Shown here one piece after another: positions 1-5,077 of a DNA stretch of 8,284 nt; within the stretch, counting starts at the first letter, position 1, and every line of letters starts with the position of its first letter. The notes beneath the pieces are model-generated. The model had not been told where the DNA came from. It was given only the letters and a program-made list of their open reading frames with translations, and made no database searches. A program made the translations under genes and the position numbers. Source of the stretch: a virus. Lineage: Duplodnaviria; Heunggongvirae; Uroviricota; Caudoviricetes. The DNA lies in the IMG/VR virus record IMGVR_UViG_2737471827_000007, positions 1-8,284 of that record, one strand, 5' to 3'.

Positions 1-642
1 TTAATCGGACGCTTTTAAATTTTTATTTTTCCCAGCAGAAAAATTAGCTTTCCCGCTGTTTTGCAACTCAACAAGAGGAGATAACCGTCGGTAAACAGCC
101 AAAAGTATCTTTAACTGAACCAGTTCATCTGCCCCCGATAGTTGAACCAAGTTTTTACGTTGTTCTTCACTAAGTGCCATCACAGATTCAAGTGATTTAA
201 CTGCGTCAGAAACAAGTTCAATCTCTTTAATTTGATTCTGTATACGCAGCTTCTCTGATTTCAACTTTGCCCATTCTCTTTGTCGATATGTACGCATCAC
301 CTGATCGTAAACTTTGTTGGCAGCCAGAATACTTCCACCAACAGCAGTAACTAACTCAGCAATCTGCCAAGAGATATCAATAAGAGCAGACAATTCAATA
401 AAGCCAGGAGAGGCATACTGAATTTTTTTCACTACAGGACGTAAATCTGGTGGAGTCGCACTGTAAGCCCCTCTAAAAAAGTTCACCACACTGTGCCCCC
501 CCTCCCAAGGCATTGTTGAATATCCTCTTGATCCTCCTTTTAGGCCATAAAAAAAACCATATAGCTGCAAATACTCTTTCGTTAAGACCGCGAAATCAGC
601 TAACTCCCAACGATTATCAAGCTCAATTATAACTTTTTCCAT
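1..642 (-). CDS. hypothetical protein (213 aa), AT-rich cargo gene downstream of ogr; hydrophobic central segment and coiled-coil-like C-terminal half
   Basis: Complete minus-strand ORF: ATG at 642-640, stop TAA at 3-1. Weak SD-like GGTGGAAA just upstream. The first 60 nt are about one-third GC by my count, clearly lower than the GC-rich P/Q/A genes. Protein has a hydrophobic stretch (SPGFIELSALIDISWQIAELVTAVGGSILAA) followed by a charged heptad-like region (KLKSEKLRIQNQIKEIELVSDAVKSLESV). I do not recognise the family. Confidence 0.7.
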   Translation of the reverse strand: MEKVIIELDNRWELADFAVLTKEYLQLYGFFYGLKGGSRGYSTMPWEGGHSVVNFFRGAYSATPPDLRPVVKKIQYASPGFIELSALIDISWQIAELVTAVGGSILAANKVYDQVMRTYRQREWAKLKSEKLRIQNQIKEIELVSDAVKSLESVMALSEEQRKNLVQLSGADELVQLKILLAVYRRLSPLVELQNSGKANFSAGKNKNLKASD

Positions 643-736
643 TTTCCACCAACCTGTCCAACTTTAAAGATTGACTTTTAAGTATATGATAAACATAGTT
701 TATTAAACGTGATCCACTACTTTTAATGAAGAATAT

Positions 737-775
737 TCCCCAAAACAGAAAGCCCCTCGACTGAGGGGCTTTCTG
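737..775 (-). terminator. intrinsic terminator downstream of ogr (also hairpin-forming on + strand)
   Basis: Perfect 13-bp inverted repeat CAGAAAGCCCCTC (745-757) / GAGGGGCTTTCTG (763-775) with 4-nt loop GACT. On the minus strand the stem is followed by TTTTGGGG (complement of 737-744), directly after the ogr stop at 783. Confidence 0.6.
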
Positions 776-782
776 TTTGTAA

Positions 783-1001
783 TTACATCCACATAATTTG
801 CTGCCCTGACGGCAACGGGTGCGGCCTTACGGCGTGGACTTCTCCCGGCTTCACAATGTATCGCTGTACCGACTCATAAGTGATGAACGTGGCGCTGCAA
901 TTCACGTTCTGACACTGGTGATAACGCTCTTTTGTCGTGTCAGTGATATAGCGACTTGTACGCGCATGTGCGGCATGCTGGCATAAAGGACAATGAAACA
1001 T
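783..1001 (-). CDS. ogr: Ogr/Delta-family zinc-finger late-gene transcriptional activator (72 aa)
   Basis: Translation MFHCPLCQHAAHARTSRYITDTTKERYHQCQNVNCSATFITYESVQRYIVKPGEVHAVRPHPLPSGQQIMWM has the C-X2-C-X22-C-X4-C spacing characteristic of P2 Ogr / P4 Delta. It matches P2 Ogr as far as I can recall, and the 72-aa length matches. Start ATG at 1001-999 has SD AGAGG about 8 nt upstream. The six-frame track opens further upstream at a TTG (1064), which I consider non-coding. Confidence 0.9.
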   Translation of the reverse strand: MFHCPLCQHAAHARTSRYITDTTKERYHQCQNVNCSATFITYESVQRYIVKPGEVHAVRPHPLPSGQQIMWM

Positions 1002-1146
1002 CGCGAGCACCTCTTCCGGTTTTGTTGATGGTGCCATTTTAGTTAATTTATCCTTATAAAACAAATAGATAAAATAAAAACATCACTCATCATCTTCTGT
1101 TTCGTACTCCACATCAGAAAGCCTGACCTCAAGCTCCAGGGACGTC
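1002..1146. promoter_or_regulatory. AT-rich divergent intergenic region expected to carry the ogr promoter and an Ogr-dependent late promoter for P-Q
   Basis: About 145 bp of AT-rich sequence between divergent ogr and P. It contains a partial dyad TGT-N10-ACA (1098-1113), whereas the P2 late-promoter element as I remember it is TGT-N12-ACA, so the match is inexact. Transcription start sites cannot be determined from sequence alone. Confidence 0.3.
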
Positions 1147-1206
1147 GTGAAGCCGCTATTATTCAGAAAATGTGTCACCTTAGTGATTGTCCAGTCCTGC
1201 TCGTCT

Positions 1207-2961
1207 ATGACGCGCTTACACGACCCGCGTCGTCAGGCGGCGCTGCTGTACTGGCAGGGGTTTTCCGTGCCGCAGATTGCCGCCATGTTGCAGATGAAAC
1301 GCCCGACGGTGCAGAGCTGGAAACAGCGCGACGGCTGGGACAGCGTTGCCCCCATCAGCCGTGTCGAAATGAGTCTGGAAGCGCGGCTGACCCAGCTCAT
1401 CATCAAACCGCAGAAAACCGGCGGTGACTTCAAGGAAATTGACCTGCTGGGACGCCAGATTGAACGACTGGCACGGGTAAACCGTTACAGTCAGACCGGC
1501 AACGAGGCAGACCTTAATCCGAACGTCGCTAACCGCAACAAAGGCGGACGGCGCAAACCGAAAAAGAATTTTTTCAGTGACGAGGCCATCGAAAAGCTGG
1601 AGCAGATTTTCTTTGAGCAGTCTTTCGATTATCAGTTGCACTGGTATCGCGCCGGGCTTGAGCACCGCATCCGCGATATCCTGAAATCCCGCCAGATTGG
1701 CGCAACGTTTTATTTTTCCCGCGAGGCGCTGCTGCGCGCCCTGAAAACCGGTCATAACCAGATTTTTCTGTCGGCCAGTAAAACGCAGGCGTATGTGTTC
1801 CGCGAATACATCATCGCCTTTGCCCGGCTGGTTGACGTTGACCTGACCGGTGACCCGATTGTCCTGGGCAATAACGGCGCAAAACTGATTTTTCTCGGCA
1901 CCAACTCCAACACCGCGCAGAGTCATAACGGCGACCTGTATGTCGACGAGATTTTCTGGATCCCGAATTTTCAGGTACTGCGTAAGGTGGCATCAGGTAT
2001 GGCCTCACAGAGTCACCTGCGCTCGACCTATTTCTCCACCCCGTCCACGCTGGCGCACGACGCCTACCCGTTCTGGTCGGGTGAACTGTTTAACCGGGGA
2101 CGCGCCAGCGCCGCTGAACGCGTGGAAATCGACGTCAGTCATAACGCCCTTGCCGGAGGTCTTCTCTGTGCGGACGGCCAGTGGCGGCAGATTGTCACCA
2201 TTGAGGACGCCCTGAAAGGTGGCTGCACATTGTTCGACATTGAGCAGCTTAAACGCGAAAACAGCGCCGACGATTTTAAAAACCTGTTCATGTGTGAATT
2301 TGTTGATGACAAGGCATCGGTATTCCCGTTCGAGGAGCTGCAACGCTGCATGGTCGACACGCTGGAAGAATGGGAAGACTATGCGCCGTTTGCCGCAAAT
2401 CCGTTCGGCTCCCGACCGGTATGGATTGGTTACGACCCGTCACACCGTGGCGACAGCGCCGGATGCGTGGTACTGGCACCGCCGGTGGTGGCCGGTGGCA
2501 AATTCAGAATACTTGAGCGTCACCAGTGGAAAGGTATGGACTTTGCCACCCAGGCGGAATCCATCCGCAAACTCACCGAAAAATACAACGTCGAATACAT
2601 CGGTATTGATGCCACCGGCCTCGGTGTCGGCGTGTTCCAGCTTGTGCGCTCGTTCTATCCCGCCGCGCGCGACATCCGCTACACGCCGGAAATGAAAACC
2701 GCAATGGTGCTCAAGGCAAAAGACGTTATCCGCCGTGGCTGTCTGGAATATGACGTCAGCGCCACCGACATCACCAGCTCGTTCATGGCTATCCGCAAGA
2801 CCATGACCAGCAGCGGACGCAGCGCCACCTATGAGGCCAGCCGCAGCGAGGAAGCCAGCCACGCCGACCTCGCCTGGGCGACCATGCACGCCCTGTTAAA
2901 TGAGCCACTCACCGCCGGTATCAGCACTCCGCTGACATCCACCATTCTGGAGTTTTACTGA
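1207..2961 (+). CDS. P: terminase large (ATPase) subunit, P2 gpP-like
   Basis: Long ORF of 584 aa from ATG 1207, or 604 aa from the alternative in-frame GTG at 1147, which has AGGGA 4 nt upstream. N-terminal region PRRQAALLYWQGFSVPQIAAMLQMKRPTVQSWKQRDGWD and overall length fit P2 gpP (about 590 aa from memory). Stop TGA 2959-2961 overlaps the Q start by 1 nt, as in P2. Confidence 0.9.
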   Translation: MTRLHDPRRQAALLYWQGFSVPQIAAMLQMKRPTVQSWKQRDGWDSVAPISRVEMSLEARLTQLIIKPQKTGGDFKEIDLLGRQIERLARVNRYSQTGNEADLNPNVANRNKGGRRKPKKNFFSDEAIEKLEQIFFEQSFDYQLHWYRAGLEHRIRDILKSRQIGATFYFSREALLRALKTGHNQIFLSASKTQAYVFREYIIAFARLVDVDLTGDPIVLGNNGAKLIFLGTNSNTAQSHNGDLYVDEIFWIPNFQVLRKVASGMASQSHLRSTYFSTPSTLAHDAYPFWSGELFNRGRASAAERVEIDVSHNALAGGLLCADGQWRQIVTIEDALKGGCTLFDIEQLKRENSADDFKNLFMCEFVDDKASVFPFEELQRCMVDTLEEWEDYAPFAANPFGSRPVWIGYDPSHRGDSAGCVVLAPPVVAGGKFRILERHQWKGMDFATQAESIRKLTEKYNVEYIGIDATGLGVGVFQLVRSFYPAARDIRYTPEMKTAMVLKAKDVIRRGCLEYDVSATDITSSFMAIRKTMTSSGRSATYEASRSEEASHADLAWATMHALLNEPLTAGISTPLTSTILEFY

Positions 2962-3995
2962 TGAGCAAGAAAAAAGGGAAAACACCGCAACCTGCGGCAA
3001 AAACAATGACCGCCAGCGCCCCGAAAATGGAGGCATTCACCTTTGGTGAGCCGGTGCCGGTACTCGACCGCCGTGACATTCTGGATTACGTCGAATGCAT
3101 CAGTAACGGCAGATGGTATGAGCCACCAGTCAGCTTTACCGGTCTGGCAAAAAGCCTGCGTGCTGCCGTGCATCACAGCTCCCCGATTTACGTCAAACGT
3201 AATATTCTGGCTTCAACGTTTATCCCGCACCCGTGGCTTTCCCAGCAGGATTTCAGCCGTTTTGTGCTGGATTTTCTGGTGTTCGGTAATGCGTTTCTGG
3301 AAAAGCGTTACAGCACCACCGGTAAGGTCATCAGACTGGAAACCTCACCGGCAAAATATACCCGCCGTGGCGTGGAGGAGGATGTTTACTGGTGGGTGCC
3401 GTCCTTCAACGAGCCGACAGCCTTCACGCCCGGCTCCGTGTTTCACCTGCTGGAGCCGGATATTAATCAGGAGCTGTACGGCCTGCCGGAATATCTCAGC
3501 GCCCTTAACTCTGCCTGGCTGAATGAGTCGGCCACGCTGTTCCGCCGCAAGTATTACGAAAACGGCGCACATGCCGGATACATCATGTACGTCACCGATG
3601 CCGTGCAGGACCGCAACGATATCGAAATGCTTCGCGAAAACATGGTTAAGTCGAAAGGCCGCAACAACTTTAAAAACCTGTTTCTCTATGCCCCGCAGGG
3701 GAAAGCTGACGGCATTAAAATTATCCCGCTCAGTGAAGTGGCAACGAAGGACGATTTTTTTAATATCAAAAAAGCCAGTGCCGCAGACCTGCTGGATGCG
3801 CACCGCATCCCCTTTCAGTTGATGGGCGGCAAGCCGGAGAACGTCGGGTCGTTGGGTGATATTGAGAAAGTGGCAAAGGTCTTTGTCCGCAATGAGCTTA
3901 TCCCGTTACAGGACAGGATCCGCGAGATAAACGGCTGGCTCGGTCAGGAGGTCATCCGCTTTAAAAACTACTCACTGGACACTGACAACGGCTAA
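2961..3995 (+). CDS. Q: portal (capsid portal vertex) protein, P2 gpQ-like (344 aa)
   Basis: 344-aa ORF, the same length as P2 gpQ. ATG at 2961 overlaps the P stop (TGATG). It is immediately upstream of a terminator and the cos site, matching P2 Q-cos synteny. Confidence 0.9.
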   Translation: MSKKKGKTPQPAAKTMTASAPKMEAFTFGEPVPVLDRRDILDYVECISNGRWYEPPVSFTGLAKSLRAAVHHSSPIYVKRNILASTFIPHPWLSQQDFSRFVLDFLVFGNAFLEKRYSTTGKVIRLETSPAKYTRRGVEEDVYWWVPSFNEPTAFTPGSVFHLLEPDINQELYGLPEYLSALNSAWLNESATLFRRKYYENGAHAGYIMYVTDAVQDRNDIEMLRENMVKSKGRNNFKNLFLYAPQGKADGIKIIPLSEVATKDDFFNIKKASAADLLDAHRIPFQLMGGKPENVGSLGDIEKVAKVFVRNELIPLQDRIREINGWLGQEVIRFKNYSLDTDNG

Positions 3996-4000
3996 ACATC

Positions 4001-4022
4001 GCCGCCTGCGGGCGGCTTTTTT
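4001..4022 (+). terminator. rho-independent terminator of the P-Q operon
   Basis: GCCGCC (4001-4006), loop TGCG, GGCGGC (4011-4016), followed by TTTTTT (4017-4022), 6 nt after the Q stop codon. Confidence 0.75.
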
Positions 4023-4164
4023 ACACCCCGTCATCACGCCCTCACACACTCACCACCGCACAAAACAGCCCGCAGACACACCAACGCCCCGGTGCACAAT
4101 CTAAACGCCATCAAGACGCGCTCAGACGCTGAAAAAATAAAATCAGCACCACCGCCAGCGCGCA

Positions 4165-4183
4165 GTGCTTTCCCCGCCTCGCC
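4165..4183 (-). other. P2/P4-type cos cohesive-end sequence (19 nt)
   Basis: Plus strand reads GTGCTTTCCCCGCCTCGCC; its reverse complement GGCGAGGCGGGGAAAGCAC is the 19-nt P2 cohesive end as I remember it. It lies about 170 bp beyond the Q stop, consistent with the P2 left-end arrangement (cos-Q-P). Confidence 0.75.
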
Positions 4184-4468
4184 CGCCCGCTTCACGGGGC
4201 GGTTTTAATGCAGTTGCATAGATACTATGGATCCGCACCAGTCCTGACCGCACGCAGCCTGAACGGACATCCCCAACGCATGCAAAAACATTCACTTGTT
4301 GCATGCATAGCTTTTTAAGTACGCCATACCGCAACTGTACATTTTTAAGCAATTGGCAACTTTAAAAAATTTACATTGCTTTCAAGACCTTATCATCCGT
4401 AGTCTCTGTTTTTTACTTTGAGCTACATCAATAAAATCTCAAACATGTTTAATGCAAAGCCCTTGTTA

Positions 4469-4521
4469 CACAACATAGAATGTATGTCTAGAAACAACGA
4501 CATACTATATGTTGTGTTTTT
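4469..4521 (+). terminator. candidate intrinsic terminator or structured RNA element (interrupted 16-bp hairpin plus T5)
   Basis: CACAACATA (4469-4477) pairs with TATGTTGTG (4508-4516) and GTATGTC (4482-4488) pairs with GACATAC (4499-4505), with a 10-nt apical loop, followed immediately by TTTTT (4517-4521). The stem is AU-rich, so this could equally be a 5' leader structure. Confidence 0.35.
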
Positions 4522-4583
4522 CCGGCTCTCTGTTCGGTGATATGCCAAATCACTTTGCGTTTAAACAGAGCATTATTTCAGGG

Positions 4584-4598
4584 CAAGACTTCGCTCAA
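4584..4598 (+). repeat. 15-bp exact direct repeat, copy 1 (CAAGACTTCGCTCAA)
   Basis: Identical 15-mer recurs at 4848-4862. The two copies bracket the small peptide gene and its terminator. Confidence 0.7.
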
Positions 4599-4661
4599 AA
4601 GTCATTCCACCTAAGAAGCGCATATACCGGTGGAAGTTGCCCTCTACTTACAGGAGGCAAT

Positions 4662-4775
4662 ATGAAGAAATGCTATTACTGCATTCTCGTTCTGGCCCTC
4701 TTTGGCTATCCAAACGGTAGTCCGAGTGGTTTGTCAGTAAACGTCAGTAATATCAATGTCAGCATTATGCTTTAA
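4662..4775 (+). CDS. small hydrophobic peptide (37 aa): MKKCYYCILVLALFGYPNGSPSGLSVNVSNINVSIML
   Basis: Consensus SD AGGAGG (4652-4657) 4 nt before ATG 4662; stop TAA 4773-4775; intrinsic terminator follows 12 nt later. N-terminus is KK plus a 12-13 residue hydrophobic stretch, then a Ser/Asn-rich tail. The six-frame track shows a longer in-frame 88-aa ORF from 4509, but that ATG sits inside a hairpin and has no RBS. Confidence 0.45.
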   Translation: MKKCYYCILVLALFGYPNGSPSGLSVNVSNINVSIML

Positions 4776-4787
4776 TATGCTTCAAAC

Positions 4788-4817
4788 AAAAAAACCACCT
4801 GCCAGGGTGGTTTTTTT
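4788..4817. terminator. bidirectional intrinsic terminator (A7-CCACC-loop-GGTGG-T7)
   Basis: AAAAAAACCACC (4788-4799) and GGTGGTTTTTTT (4806-4817) are perfectly complementary, with loop TGCCAG. The T-run on the plus strand and A-run (T-run on minus) let it terminate both the peptide transcript and the convergent A operon. Confidence 0.6.
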
Positions 4818-4847
4818 GCGCCCATCATCAATACGATGAAAGACTGA

Positions 4848-4862
4848 CAAGACTTCGCTCAA
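4848..4862 (+). repeat. 15-bp exact direct repeat, copy 2 (CAAGACTTCGCTCAA)
   Basis: Identical to 4584-4598. It is embedded in a short reiteration of AAGAC(T/G) at 4841-4846, 4849-4854 and 4861-4866. Confidence 0.7.
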
Positions 4863-4958
4863 GACGAATTATGCGTCGACATAAGGTTACCCGCAATGAT
4901 TTTATTAGACTAAATGGATGGCCTTTTATGACCCGGATCAAACGGCTGTCCTTACCGA

Positions 4959-5009
4959 CATGCTAGTCACTCAATAGCATTTAGCCTTCTAATTCAGCAT
5001 GCTATTGAC
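4959..5009. repeat. operator-like repeat cluster: CATGCTA direct copies with an inverted TAGCAT between them
   Basis: CATGCTAGTCAC (4959-4970) and CATGCTATTGAC (4998-5009) match at 10 of 12 positions, 39 bp apart. The inverted hexamer TAGCAT sits at 4975-4980. The cluster lies in non-coding DNA just 3' of A. Confidence 0.35.
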
Positions 5010-5077
5010 CTTCTGCTGCCCCATAACTGCTCCGCATAAGCCATTCAATGCCATATCAAATCACGTTGTGTTTTTAC

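Noticed and set aside
1002-1064. Longer ogr forms starting at TTG 1064 (93 aa) or ATG 1037 (84 aa)
   Set aside because: ATG 1001 has a properly spaced SD and yields the canonical 72-aa Ogr with the zinc finger at the expected position; the upstream starts lack a good RBS.
1216-1926. 236-aa ORF on the minus strand, plus other ORFs at 1170-1427, 1233-1433, 1811-2008, 1940-2215, 2005-2343, 2139-2360, 2219-2695, 2288-2479 and 2440-2889
   Set aside because: All lie inside the P coding region in alternative or antisense frames. GC-rich coding DNA generates long spurious open frames; none has an RBS or recognisable protein features.
2955-3822. ORFs overlapping Q (2955-3176 -, 3043-3522 +, 3345-3803 -, 3523-3822 +)
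   Set aside because: Nested within the portal gene in other frames; compositionally biased translations (Arg/Ser/Cys-rich); no independent expression signals.
4278-4316. Hairpin GCATGCAA / TTGCATGC (4278-4306) with downstream T-run as a terminator
   Set aside because: The T-run (4312-4316) is separated from the stem by 5 nt and the stem is only 8 bp with a 13-nt loop; weak as a terminator. Retained only as part of the general palindrome-rich character of the interval.
4143-4352. 69-aa ORF on the minus strand spanning the cos site
   Set aside because: Overlaps the cohesive-end sequence and a GC-rich non-coding stretch; no RBS; low-complexity Arg/Gly-rich translation. Most likely non-coding.
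4509-4661. N-terminal extension making the peptide gene an 88-aa ORF
   Set aside because: The ATG at 4509 lies inside the arm of the 4469-4516 hairpin with no SD, and the extension looks non-protein-like, whereas ATG 4662 has a consensus AGGAGG. I therefore call the 37-aa form, though a longer product is not excluded.
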